Shown here piece by piece: positions 1-10,341 of a DNA stretch of 64,000 bases. Within the stretch, counting starts at the first letter, position 1, and each line of letters starts with the position of its first letter. Position numbers and translations under genes: made by a program. The notes beneath the pieces were generated by a model. It made no database searches. It was not told where the DNA came from and worked only from the letters and a program-made list of their open reading frames with translations. Source of the DNA: an uncultured Chlamydiae bacterium (GTDB lineage: Bacteria > Chlamydiota > Chlamydiia > Chlamydiales > Parachlamydiaceae); NCBI GenBank assembly GCA_963830365.1, contig CAWHMU010000035.1, positions 30,129 to 94,128 of the forward strand, in the 5' to 3' direction.

Positions 1-3000
1 CTTCAAGGATATCTGATGTTTCGGTAAATTGTAAATCGGCCTCGCCGCCATTGAACAGAATTTTAAAATTCTTTTTGAAATTGGCACTGATCTGATCAAA
101 GGTGTCTTTGAATATTTTGCGGCTTTCCCCGTCGAGCTGGGCGATGATGGCCACAAGCTCCTGTTTGGAAAGATCCAGATCATCGATTTGCTGATTCAAG
201 AAGGTGTAGCGAGTTTTGTGTTTGTCGCACTCTTCAATCGATGTCATATTGATATCACCGGCATTTTCGATCTGTTGGCGTAAGGCTCGCATCTGCTTTT
301 CTATTTGATCGACAGATTTGTCCAAGCTGCCGCAGGCGGCGAGGGCGTCTTTGACCGATAGGCGGTGGCGCTCCTGCAATTCATTCTCAAGCGACTGCAT
401 CGTCGATTCCAGCTGGGCCAGCTGGATGCCTACTTGGTGGCGGTCATTCTCATGTTTTTTCAAGATATTGCGGCGGTCATTGATTTTGGCTTCCAGATGT
501 TCCAAAGCCTTTTTGCGTACCGCCACCTGCTGGTCGAGCTCGCTGCAGGCCGCGGTGACATCCGCCAGCACATGTTCGACCTCATGCAGCAGCTTATCTA
601 CTTCAACACCCTGATGCTCGATTTGGGACTGCGAGGCGCGCCCCATTTCAATTTCATCCTGCAGGCGCTTTTGCTGCTGCGTACTTTCCAGATCTTTGAC
701 TTCAAGCACATTGAGCGCATGCGCCTGTTTGCGCTGTTCATCGGAGGCCTGCTGCCAGGCGGCCTCTTTTTCACGCAGTTCATGGGCTTGCTGCTTCAGA
801 TCTGCCGCCAGCTTGTTGAGCTGTTCATTCAAGGCTTCGCCATCTTTCTGAGCTTTGGAGGCTAGCGCCTTGGCTTTAGCATGACGCATTTTAAGTTCGC
901 CTAGCGCCTCTGAGAGATCGCCGATGATCCTTTCCACGCCCTGTTGTTCAAGCTGCTGCTGTTTGCTTTCGGCGCGCATTTTATCAAGATCTGTGGTGGC
1001 CTTTTGCAGAGAGAAATTCGTTTCTACCAGGCGCATCTCGGCGCGCCTTATCGTTTTATCCAATTCTGTGCGTTGGCCCTGCAGGTGGGCGCGTTTTTGC
1101 TGGATGGCACGCAGGACGTTATCCCATTGCAGCCTTTGTTCTTCAGACTCCAGTAACTTTTTATCAAGCGCCTTAAGTTCAGCTTCGCGCAGGAAAATAT
1201 TGTTTTCTCCTGGCGTGGCATAAAAGACCACCGAGCGCCGATCAACCAGCACACCGTCAGCAAGACAGATTTCGACACCCTCTCCATTTTTAACCGCTTC
1301 CATGGGAGACAGCAGCTCCTTAGAAAAGAACACCCCATCTAAAAAGCAACGGGACACTTCATTTTCAATCACATGCAAGGCTAGTGGCACCAAGGCTTTG
1401 TTATTGACGGACTTGGCAGCTTTAAGATTTGCCATCAGCTCAAGGCAGAGCAGGGAAATATCTTTTATCTTATTTTTCTTGGCAAAAGCTACCACGGCCT
1501 CGAAGTCGGCTTCCTTTTCAACGACCAGTGTTTGCGCATAGGGACGCATCACGGCTGCCAGTGCGGCCTCTTTGCCTTTTTCCGGTGTGAAATATTCGTA
1601 GAGACCTTTTATTTTATCGAAGAGCGGACTATCCTTTTTTGAAGCCTCTTCGAGCAGGCTTTTGCTACCGGCGGAAAACCCCTCGCGGTCATCGCGCAAT
1701 CTTTGCAGAGCGCGCTGGCGGGCTTTGGCATCCGTTATTTCCTGATTTATGCGCTCAAATTCGATCTGAGCCTTGTCCATTTCTTCAGCGATCTCTTGCA
1801 GATCTTTTTCCATAGCGCTGAAGAGCTGTTTTTGCCCTTCCAAAGCCCGTGATGATTCGTCAAGCTGCCGTTTCTGCTCTGCCAGCTGCGCCACCAGTTC
1901 CTTTTCCAATGCCGTCAGACGGGCTTTGCGCTCATGCAGGTGGCTTTGCTTTTCCATGGCATTTTCCAAACGCACATGCGATTGCCGGCTGTCGCTTTCA
2001 CATTGATTTTCGCTGTGTACAAGCTTAAGGCATTCCCTTTGCTGGTTTTGCTGATGGTCGCGCAGCTTAGCCAACTCTTCTTCGAGGACTTTGACCTTTT
2101 CGCGTTGTTTTTGGACGATGCTATCAAGTTCTGCACAGCGGTTATCAAGGACTTTCTGAGAGCTTTGAATCGTCCTACGTTCTTTTTCCCGCAGTTCGCG
2201 CCTTGCGTCCATGCCCTCAACTTCCTGCTGCCAGCGCTGTTCTTTAGCATGCAGATCTTTCAGGCGCTCTTGATTGGACTGCTTTTCTTTTGACTTAATT
2301 TCTTTGGCGCTGCGGGCCTTAAAAACCTCTTCGCCACGTATGCGTAGGATCTTTTCGGCTTCAGCGACACCATGTTTAGCTTCAGCCAGTTCGTTTTGCA
2401 GCGCTTCGATCTGGGAATGCGTATCCGTGATGCGCACATCTTGTTCACAGCCTTTTTTCTGGCCATCGCCGAAGCGTACTTGCAGTGTATTCCACTTAGT
2501 CGCCAGCAGTGTTTTCTCCAGAATTTCCAAGGCATTTTTATTCTCTTTATATTCGCGGGCTTTTTCGGCTTGCTGCTCTAATACGATGATTTGCCGTTCC
2601 ACCTCCTTATGGATATCTTTGATACGCGATACATTGAGATCCGTCTGTTCCAGCTTGCGCAAGGCTTCTTTTTTGCGCTGCAAGAAGCGCAAGATGCCGG
2701 CAGCCTCTTCAAAGATATAGCGGCGTTCTAATGGAGAAAGATTGATTATTTGATCGATTTTACCCTGTTCAAAGATGGAGTAGGCATCTTTACCCATGCC
2801 GGAATCGAGGAATAGCCCTTGCACATCTTTTAAGCGCACCAGATGACGGTTGATGAAATATTCGGATTCACCACTTCGATGCAGTCGGCGCGTGACGGAT
2901 ACTTCGTCATAGTCAATAGGCAACTTGCCATCGATATCGGTCAGGGTGATCGTCACTTCGGCAAAGTTGAGGGGCTTGCGATGCGTCGTGCCGGCGAAAA

Positions 3001-3193
3001 TCACGTCGGGCATCTTATGGCCGCGCATGGATTTAGCCGATTGTTCCCCCAGCACCCAGCGGAAAGCATCGGCGATATTGGATTTTCCACAACCGTTGGG
3101 GCCGACGACGGCGGTGATGCCCGGATCGAATTCAAACTTGGTCTTATCGGCAAAGGATTTGAATCCCAGAATTTCCAGTCTTTTAAGTCGCAC
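1..3193 (-). CDS. smc: Chromosome segregation protein SMC (3' end runs off the window)
   Basis: Not in the ORF track because it has no stop inside the window. GTG at 3193 gives MRLKRLEILGFKSFADKT...VVGPNGCGKSNIADAFRWVLGEQSAKSMRG (Walker A). The left edge reads, in the same frame, FKDTFDQISANFKKNFKILFNGGEADLQF, the SMC C-terminal head. Confidence 0.95.
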   Translation of the reverse strand, partial: MRLKRLEILGFKSFADKTKFEFDPGITAVVGPNGCGKSNIADAFRWVLGEQSAKSMRGHKMPDVIFAGTTHRKPLNFAEVTITLTDIDGKLPIDYDEVSVTRRLHRSGESEYFINRHLVRLKDVQGLFLDSGMGKDAYSIFEQGKIDQIINLSPLERRYIFEEAAGILRFLQRKKEALRKLEQTDLNVSRIKDIHKEVERQIIVLEQQAEKAREYKENKNALEILEKTLLATKWNTLQVRFGDGQKKGCEQDVRITDTHSQIEALQNELAEAKHGVAEAEKILRIRGEEVFKARSAKEIKSKEKQSNQERLKDLHAKEQRWQQEVEGMDARRELREKERRTIQSSQKVLDNRCAELDSIVQKQREKVKVLEEELAKLRDHQQNQQRECLKLVHSENQCESDSRQSHVRLENAMEKQSHLHERKARLTALEKELVAQLAEQKRQLDESSRALEGQKQLFSAMEKDLQEIAEEMDKAQIEFERINQEITDAKARQRALQRLRDDREGFSAGSKSLLEEASKKDSPLFDKIKGLYEYFTPEKGKEAALAAVMRPYAQTLVVEKEADFEAVVAFAKKNKIKDISLLCLELMANLKAAKSVNNKALVPLALHVIENEVSRCFLDGVFFSKELLSPMEAVKNGEGVEICLADGVLVDRRSVVFYATPGENNIFLREAELKALDKKLLESEEQRLQWDNVLRAIQQKRAHLQGQRTELDKTIRRAEMRLVETNFSLQKATTDLDKMRAESKQQQLEQQGVERIIGDLSEALGELKMRHAKAKALASKAQKDGEALNEQLNKLAADLKQQAHELREKEAAWQQASDEQRKQAHALNVLEVKDLESTQQQKRLQDEIEMGRASQSQIEHQGVEVDKLLHEVEHVLADVTAACSELDQQVAVRKKALEHLEAKINDRRNILKKHENDRHQVGIQLAQLESTMQSLENELQERHRLSVKDALAACGSLDKSVDQIEKQMRALRQQIENAGDINMTSIEECDKHKTRYTFLNQQIDDLDLSKQELVAIIAQLDGESRKIFKDTFDQISANFKKNFKILFNGGEADLQFTETSDILE

Positions 3194-3289
3194 AATAATC
3201 TCCCCAGCAGCAGCGCTTTGTATTTTGCTAAGAAAGATAAAAGAAGAGGCTATAAAGAAAAAAGCAAAAAGGTGTGTTCCTTAAGAATT

Positions 3290-3318
3290 TTTCGCCACCG
3301 AGCCACCGAGACACAGAC
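3290..3318. repeat. Single arm of the CACAGAG-type palindromic repeat family
   Basis: CACCGAGCCACCGAGACACAGA resembles the arms at 9995-10020 and, reverse-complemented, 54814-54840. Confidence 0.55.
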
Positions 3319-3545
3319 AAACAATAGGGCTAAATCTTTAATGTTCTCCCGTTCTAATTAGGTAGCATATTCGGCCATCTAATTCACTTCTTCCTCAGTG
3401 TTGTGCAAAAACAAACAGGATGCATATGATCGCAAGCGGCAGGGTTGTCAACATAAACCCATGATGCGATGGCTGTGAGGTATCCCCCTTTCTTTGCCTT
3501 AGCAATCCGATGGGTGGATATTGATCTCAGAAAAGGTTTCCTGCT

Positions 3546-3698
3546 TTAGATGGCGCCTTCGGGAGTATTTACGTAGGGAGAGCCTGCCCCGGGATATTGA
3601 AAAACATGTTGAAAGAAGGCAGGTTGATAAAAATAGAAGTATACCAGCAAGAGAAGCAGCCCTACCCAAACCAAAATAATCCATGATTTCGTCATCAT
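3546..3698 (-). CDS. Small single-pass membrane protein, 50 aa
   Basis: Manual translation MMTKSWIILVWVGLLLLLVYFYFYQPAFFQHVFQYPGAGSPYVNTPEGAI*. Purine-rich AAGGAAAAGGGGGA immediately upstream; starts 18 nt after the emrB stop. Confidence 0.5.
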   Translation of the reverse strand: MMTKSWIILVWVGLLLLLVYFYFYQPAFFQHVFQYPGAGSPYVNTPEGAI

Positions 3699-3716
3699 TC
3701 CCCCTTTTCCTTATGT

Positions 3717-5255
3717 TTACTCTCCGACCACGACATCCTTGCTCATGACCACGCGCTTACAAAGCATTGGCAGCGGTGTAATCAAAAGGAATATCCAGGC
3801 CCCCATCCATGAAAGATCATTGGTCGATAGCATGAAGGCTTGCTGATCTACTAGCCCATTTATGAGGCGGTTAACAACTTCCGGCACAAAGTTGATGTTT
3901 ACATGACTCAAAGACTCATATAACTGGGTCGTTAATGGTCTATATGCTGTCACATCCTCACTCAATCGCTCGTGATGGAAAATTTGCAGACGGTTCCACA
4001 TTTGTATCGATATTGAAGTGCCAAAACCTGTACCAATTAAAATCCGGATGAAATTAAACAAGCCGGCAGCACTGGCATAGCGTTCTTTAGGAATTGCGCC
4101 TAAAGACAACTGTACTAAAGGTAAAAAGAAGATTACCAGTCCAAAGCCTTGATAGAAACGTGCCAGCATGACATCAAACAGGGAGGCTTGCGAAGTTAAA
4201 CTGGCTTGATAGAAAAAACCCAGCGCAAAAAGAAAAAAGCTCGTGGCCGCGACTTTGCGCAGATCGAAGCGGTTCAGATTTTTTCCCATCGGCGCCGTTA
4301 ATAAAATGGATGCGATCCCGATGGGAGCCACGGCCACGCCCGCCCAAAACGCTGTATAAGATTGTACCGTCTGTAGCCAGAGGGGAATGACGACGGTGCT
4401 GCCGAAGATTAACAGATAGGCCACAGTAACGCAGAATGTGCCGATAGCGAAATTGCGATCTTTGAAGAATGAAAAGTCTACGATAGGGTATTTTTGGAAT
4501 TTCGTCCATATCGCAAAATAAGCCAGCGAGATGACTGAGATAGCCGTCAAGGCGATGATGACATTGGATTCAAACCAGTCCAGATCTTTGCCCTTATCAA
4601 GCATAATCTGTAGGCAACAGACCCCTGTGGACAGCAAAATAAGCCCCCACCAATCGATGGGATTGCGCACAAGCTTGCTTTCGTGTTTGCTAAGCATCGC
4701 CCATATCACCGTGGCCGAAAAGATGCCGATAGGGACGTTGATATAAAAGATCCACGGCCAGGAATATACATCCGTCAGATAGCCCCCCAAGATAGGCCCG
4801 ATAACGGGAGCTACAATGACAATAATAACCCAGAATCCCAATGCCACCCCTTGCTTTTCGGGAGGATTGAAATCCATGATCAAGCTTTGAGACAGAGGAA
4901 TTAAGGAGCCGGCCACAGCTCCCTGCAAAACCCTGCATACTACCAACATGGTTAAGCTGGAGGAAAATCCGCACAGGAAAGACATCAAAGCAAACAGCAA
5001 GACAGAATACACGAACAGGCGCACCCGCCCGAAATAATCGGAAAGCCATCCTGTAAGGGGTAATACGATGGCATTACTGACGGCAAATGATGTAATTACC
5101 CATGTGCCTTGATCGACACTGACGCTGAGATTTCCGGCGATATATGGGATAGCCACATTGGCAATTGACGTATCAAGCACCTGGATGAATGTGCCCAAGC
5201 CTAAAGCCAGATTGATCAGTATCAGGCGTCCGCCTTTTTCGTATTCTTGAGCCAT
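3717..5255 (-). CDS. emrB: DHA2-family MFS multidrug efflux permease (EmrB-like)
   Basis: LDTSIANVAIPYIAGNL, WVITSFAVSNAIVLPLTGWL, WPWIFYINVPIG motifs; many transmembrane segments; adjacent to an EmrA-like gene. Confidence 0.92.
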   Translation of the reverse strand: MAQEYEKGGRLILINLALGLGTFIQVLDTSIANVAIPYIAGNLSVSVDQGTWVITSFAVSNAIVLPLTGWLSDYFGRVRLFVYSVLLFALMSFLCGFSSSLTMLVVCRVLQGAVAGSLIPLSQSLIMDFNPPEKQGVALGFWVIIVIVAPVIGPILGGYLTDVYSWPWIFYINVPIGIFSATVIWAMLSKHESKLVRNPIDWWGLILLSTGVCCLQIMLDKGKDLDWFESNVIIALTAISVISLAYFAIWTKFQKYPIVDFSFFKDRNFAIGTFCVTVAYLLIFGSTVVIPLWLQTVQSYTAFWAGVAVAPIGIASILLTAPMGKNLNRFDLRKVAATSFFLFALGFFYQASLTSQASLFDVMLARFYQGFGLVIFFLPLVQLSLGAIPKERYASAAGLFNFIRILIGTGFGTSISIQMWNRLQIFHHERLSEDVTAYRPLTTQLYESLSHVNINFVPEVVNRLINGLVDQQAFMLSTNDLSWMGAWIFLLITPLPMLCKRVVMSKDVVVGE

Positions 5256-5261
5256 ATGATG

Positions 5262-6533
5262 TTATGGTTTTTCTTGATTGAGGTTGGCGCGGATCACGTC
5301 ATTGATAACCTTATTAACTTTTTCCAAATGGATATCAAAGACAGGTGTTGATGCCACGGCTTTAGTCGATGGTGTCGGTGCCAGCATCGGTAAATCACGG
5401 TTGGCGATATCGACAGACGCTTCAGCCGAAATTCCAAGCCTGATGGGATAATCCTTCAGCATCTTGGCATCCAGGCTGATGCGCACAGGCAGGCGCTGTA
5501 CAATTTTAATCCAATTGCCGGTGGCGTTCTGCGCAGGAATGATCGAGAATACGCTGCCGGTGCCGGATGCGATACCGATGACTGTGCCTTCGAATTTGAC
5601 ATCAGAGCCATAGATATCAAATTTCACCGTGGCTGGCTGTCCGATGCGCATATGTGCCAGCTGAGTTTCCTTGAAATTTGCATCTACCCACACATAATCT
5701 GTGGGGATAACAGCCATCATAGCTGTATTCGGTGTGACGGTTTGTCCCACTTCGACAGCGCGTTGGGCTACATAGCCTGTCGCCGGTGCATAGATTGAGC
5801 AGTGCTGCAAGTTGTAATACGCCTGCTTTACGGTAGCTATCTGCTGTTCGATGTTGGGATGTTTTTCCAATGGAGTGTTGCCGGTGGCATCCAGGGCAAC
5901 TTTAAGTTCGGATTCGGCTTGCTTTAGGTTAAGCTCCGCCACCGATAAATCGTCCTTAGAGTGAGAAAACTCCTCGTTAGACACGGCCTTAGAACCAATC
6001 AATCCGGATCGGTTTTGGAAATCATAACGCGTCCTTTCCACCATAGTGCGCTTGCTTGCCACAGCTGCGCGGCGCGCATCGACGCTGTCATACAGTTGCC
6101 TGACTTGCAATACTGTTGATGCTAGGCCGGCGATAGCCTTATCATATTCCATCTGATATTTCGTACTGTCCAACAGCACCAATAGCTGACCTTCATTCAC
6201 AAGATCGGTATTGTCGGCATAGAAAGACACCACAGACCCCGGGATGGCGGCATTGATGCTGATCATACTGCCATTGGCATAGGCATCATCGGTAGTCTCA
6301 TAAAAGCGCAGATAGAAAAACCACCAGCTGAACCAGGCTGCCGTGGCGGCGATAAGAATAAAGGTGAACCACCACAAGGCGTGATTTCTTTTATGGTTGT
6401 CGGCCTGCGCTGATGGCTCATGCGACGGATTTGTTGATGGCGCATCATTTTCAGCTGTTAAGCTAGTGCCGGCATGGGATTCATTCCGAGTCGCTTGGCG
6501 TTCATTTGAATTTTCGTTTTGAGAGGCAGTCAT
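5262..6533 (-). CDS. emrA: HlyD/EmrA-family periplasmic adaptor
   Basis: N-terminal TM, ETTDDAY, VWVDANFKETQL, FSIIPAQNATGNWIKIVQRLPVRI. Confidence 0.93.
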   Translation of the reverse strand: MTASQNENSNERQATRNESHAGTSLTAENDAPSTNPSHEPSAQADNHKRNHALWWFTFILIAATAAWFSWWFFYLRFYETTDDAYANGSMISINAAIPGSVVSFYADNTDLVNEGQLLVLLDSTKYQMEYDKAIAGLASTVLQVRQLYDSVDARRAAVASKRTMVERTRYDFQNRSGLIGSKAVSNEEFSHSKDDLSVAELNLKQAESELKVALDATGNTPLEKHPNIEQQIATVKQAYYNLQHCSIYAPATGYVAQRAVEVGQTVTPNTAMMAVIPTDYVWVDANFKETQLAHMRIGQPATVKFDIYGSDVKFEGTVIGIASGTGSVFSIIPAQNATGNWIKIVQRLPVRISLDAKMLKDYPIRLGISAEASVDIANRDLPMLAPTPSTKAVASTPVFDIHLEKVNKVINDVIRANLNQEKP

Positions 6534-6536
6534 TTT

Positions 6537-8054
6537 TCACCTTTCTATATTACAGACGTCGTATCCGCCGCCAAGAGCTTTTATCAATGATAGCATGGCC
6601 TGGATGGTTCTTCCTTGGGCAACGACTTGTTGGTCGAGCGCCATCAGCATATTTTCTTCACTGGTCAAATAATCTAAATCCGAATTCAAGTTAAACTGCA
6701 CGCGCAGTTTGGAAATATCAAAGAGTTCCTGCTGATATCCGGTCATCTTTTTGGTTTCGTTAAGCTGCTGTTCTCTTATGCGCAGCACGGCGATGCCATC
6801 AAGCACTTCTTTAGCGGCATTGATGACTAAATTGTTATACTGGAAAATGGCCGCATCGTAGCTAACTTCGGATCCGCGCAGATTGGCAATCAGGCGACCG
6901 CCTTCAAAAATAGGCAGGCTGAAGGCTGGATCGACGTTGAAAAATTTGCTGCGCCCCCAAAACAGCTCGTGCAGATGGATCGTTTGGAAGCCTAGGAAGG
7001 CTGTCAAATTGACGTCGGGGTAAAATCCGGCTTTTGCCACTTCGATATGTCTGTCGGCAGATTCTATCATCCATAGCTGGGCGATGATGTCCGGGCGGCG
7101 TGCAATCAGGCGCAGTGGCAGATCGCAAGGCAATAACACTTTTGGCAGCGGCTGCAAAGCCACTTTGGCATCGACGATCTGTTCATCGAAATCACCTGCA
7201 AGATAGGCTTTAAGCTGATATTCATTGACCGCGATGTCGCCTTGAATCTCCAGCAGCTTTTGTTTTACCGCGGTCACATTGACTTGTGCGGCATTGATCG
7301 TCTGGATGTTATTTAAGTTGCCATTAAGGCGTTTTTGCACAATTTCCAGATAGCTGGCCTTGTTATCCACCAGTGCTTGGGCAATTTCTTGACGTTTATA
7401 GCCTATCTGCAATTGGAAATAGACTTGTGCCACTGCCATGCCAAGCTGCAAATGCGAAAATGCATCATCGGCGATGTTGGCCTGCACTTCTCCCAAGGCC
7501 GCGCGCAGCGTATGGCGATTTTTCCCCCATATATCGAAGTCATATTTGAGGGCCAGCTCGGTTTCTGTCTGGGTGAAATATACTGGTATGAAGTTAGTAA
7601 TTGGTGGTAGCGGCAGGCTGGAGCCTCCCGGTGTCGCCGACAATGCGTTGGCAGAACCGAAAGGAATAAGGCCTGTCTCGCTCAGCTTCTGGCGGGAGAC
7701 GTCCCCTCCCCATCCCAGGGTTGGATAGAGCGTCGACCGCATCCTATCGGCATTATATGTCGCCTGTAAAACCTTAGCCTCGGAGGCTTGTAAAGAAGGG
7801 TTTCTTGCAAAAGCAGTCTCTATGAATTCACTGAGCTGGCAGTCGTTGAACAGCGTCCACCATGAATCCGGCACATACTCGGTGAGTTCTATCAAAGCGT
7901 CAGAACCTGCCAATTGCGTAGCACTTTCCAGCACCCTGCCTGGAGGCTCGATAGGCTGTGCGCGCGGGCCAGAACTGCAACTGCATGCTGCTGCCAGTAG
8001 GATAGCAAGCCAACATTGGCGATGTGACTTCACATTATTTAAATTCCGATCCAT
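6537..8054 (-). CDS. Efflux outer-membrane factor lipoprotein (NodT/OprM/TolC family)
   Basis: Lipobox LAAAC, WWTLFND, LIARRPDI, AKAGFYPDVNL, C-terminal LIKALGGG. Confidence 0.9.
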   Translation of the reverse strand: MDRNLNNVKSHRQCWLAILLAAACSCSSGPRAQPIEPPGRVLESATQLAGSDALIELTEYVPDSWWTLFNDCQLSEFIETAFARNPSLQASEAKVLQATYNADRMRSTLYPTLGWGGDVSRQKLSETGLIPFGSANALSATPGGSSLPLPPITNFIPVYFTQTETELALKYDFDIWGKNRHTLRAALGEVQANIADDAFSHLQLGMAVAQVYFQLQIGYKRQEIAQALVDNKASYLEIVQKRLNGNLNNIQTINAAQVNVTAVKQKLLEIQGDIAVNEYQLKAYLAGDFDEQIVDAKVALQPLPKVLLPCDLPLRLIARRPDIIAQLWMIESADRHIEVAKAGFYPDVNLTAFLGFQTIHLHELFWGRSKFFNVDPAFSLPIFEGGRLIANLRGSEVSYDAAIFQYNNLVINAAKEVLDGIAVLRIREQQLNETKKMTGYQQELFDISKLRVQFNLNSDLDYLTSEENMLMALDQQVVAQGRTIQAMLSLIKALGGGYDVCNIER

Positions 8055-8191
8055 GAGAATAGTTAAGCCGCTCTAAAAATGTTTTAAAAATTTCAACATA
8101 CCTACATATGTTTTTTTTTCTAACAAAGAAATCAAAAAAAACTCTAAGTTGTGGCTTCACACTAATGTTTATAAAAAATTAATGAGGAAAG

Positions 8192-9893
8192 ATGATACTT
8201 CGCACACTGCATAATCTCTTCGTTTTTTTAAGCTGCGCCTGCCTATGCCTGCCTGCTGGCTTATTTGCGGCCGGACATAAAATCAAAATCACCGATCGCG
8301 GCAGCACCTACCATGCTGATTACATCGTTGTCGGCGTTGGCGCGGCCGGCTCTGTGGTGGCCAAGATGCTCACTGATGATATGAAAACTTCTGTACTAGC
8401 GCTTGAAGCCGGCGAGAACCACAATGCCGATCCGGACATCCAACTGGCCATCAATGCCCCGTTAGTAGGTTATGAAGATAAAGCCGAATATTTCTGGCCG
8501 GGGGAAACCATTGGCGAGCCTGGACTTAACGGACGCGCTACCGATTGGACAACCGGACGCCTGCTGGGTGGAGGTTCTGCCGTCAATACCCTATTCTACT
8601 GCCGCGGCACAGGCCAGTTGTATAAAGGCTGGGAACAAGTTGCCGGTGCGCGCTGGTCCGCCGACAACATGTTCAACATTGCCAAGTCATTGGAAAACTT
8701 CTCCGGCCTGCCAGGTAATTTCAATCCTGCTGCCCACGGCAGCGGCGGATTGGTTGACATCCGCCAAGCTCCGGCGCAGCCCACAGCGTTGGCATTGGCA
8801 CTAACCAATACACTGGCCACTGCGGCCGCTGTGCCAATCCTTACCGACTACAATGACCCTGCCACTCCCATCGGCGTCAGCCCCTACATGCAATATTTCC
8901 AAAATGGCCCAGCCGGACAATACCGCGTGAGTGCGGCCACGGCCTTTCTGAATGACAGGGTAATGGCAGCCAATGGCATCGGCATCGATAAACGGCGGCT
9001 GCTGGTGCTAATGCGCTCTACCGCCTTAAAGATTTTATGGAGTAGAAATACAGCCAGCGGCATCGAATTTTTGAAAGACGGCGTGCTCTTAAAAGCCTAT
9101 GCCAACAAAGGCGTCATCCTGTGTGCAGGCATCAACAGCTGCACACTGCTGCAGCATTCAGGCATCGGCCCTGAAAGAACTGCTCGCCGCTTATAGTATC
9201 CCCCTCAAATTTGCCAATCCCAATGTCGGGGAAAATGTCAAAGACCACGCCAACATGGTCGTGCTCTTCGACACACCGCCCGAAACACCTCTCGTGCCAC
9301 CAAACGATCCCAATGCCTTTGCCCAACTCGTTGGCTGGCTGCCCGACCCGGCAGCAAATGCCGATAAAAATGCCCGTGCCGTCGAAATCATCACCTATGC
9401 TTTCCTGCCAAATACGCTGGCCTTGGGAGTTATCCCATTAAACCCTCAAAGCCTGGGCAGCGTGCGCATTCAAAGCTCAGACCCGCTGCAATTGCCCCTG
9501 GCTGATCCTTGCATTTTCAGCCAAACGGCCGATATGGACTTGCTGGTACGGGTCTTTAGAGCTTATATACAGCCGATCATGAATTATCTCATCAGCCAGA
9601 GCTTCACTCCCATAGGACTGACCAATGCCATCATCGACGATACCGTCCAGCTGGAACAATTTATCCGCAACCAGATCAACCTTTATGGTGGCATTCACAA
9701 CTACATGGGCATGGCGCGCATGGCACCCTTGGGCCAAGGCGGCGTTGTCGATCAGTACGGACGGGTTTATGGCGTGAAAAATCTGTTTGTAGCCGATAAT
9801 TCGATAGCCCCGGCCATCATAGACGGATCAACCACCTCTCCCGCCCTCATCATTGGCTATAATATTGCCCAGGGCATCCTGGAGCTGCAGTGA
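8192..9893 (+). pseudogene. GMC-family FAD oxidoreductase split by a frameshift at ~9173
   Basis: ORF 8192-9196 has a signal peptide, DYIVVGVGAAGSVVA and GRLLGGGSAVN. ORF 9099-9893 has NVGENVKDH and GVVDQYGRVYGVKNLFVADNS. Removing one base in CCT-G-AAA-GAA restores SGIGPKELL. Confidence 0.8.
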
Positions 9894-9945
9894 AAAAACA
9901 ATGAGAGGCAAAAGGTTTTTCTGAAGTGCTTATATATATAAAAAA

Positions 9946-10182
9946 CAACGCAAGGGAACAGCCAAAAGACGCAAAGGTGCAGAGGAAAGCAATTCACCAC
10001 AGAGGCACCGAGACACAGAGAAACAAGCCGCATATAACAGGATGGCAAGATAGACAGGATAAGCGTAGCAGGATAGAAAAAAGCCATCCTGTTATATGCG
10101 GCTTGCTTCTCTGTGTCTCGGTGCCTCTGTGGTTTGAATTGCCTTCCTTAGCGTCTTTTGCGCCTTATGCCGCTTTGCGTTG
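9946..10182. repeat. Large nested palindrome between convergent genes
   Basis: 9989-10046 pairs almost perfectly with 10083-10142 (CACAGAG-type arms). Outer CGCAAAG-type arms; ACAGGAT repeats at and inside the loop. Confidence 0.9.
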
Positions 10183-10341
10183 AATTTTTTTGCAAACAAG
10201 CACTCCCTACAACCAGATGTTGTTATATTTTTGAGGTGGTCGGTATTTGATGTGAAGAATGGATGGCAATGATAGAATGACAAAAAATAGGCACAGATTT
10301 TTAGCGGCAATTGTCGCTAGAAATCCGTGCCTGTTTACGGT

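Noticed and set aside
318..3361. Many short ORFs on both strands
   Set aside because: Shadows of smc, which the track missed because it lacks a stop in the window.
3499..3684. 61-aa ORF from the track
   Set aside because: The overlapping frame 3546-3698 has a better-placed RBS and a cleaner TM helix.
9160..9196. Programmed frameshift in the GMC gene
   Set aside because: The CCC-TGA is not in the reading frame and there is no slippery heptamer; mutation or error is simpler.
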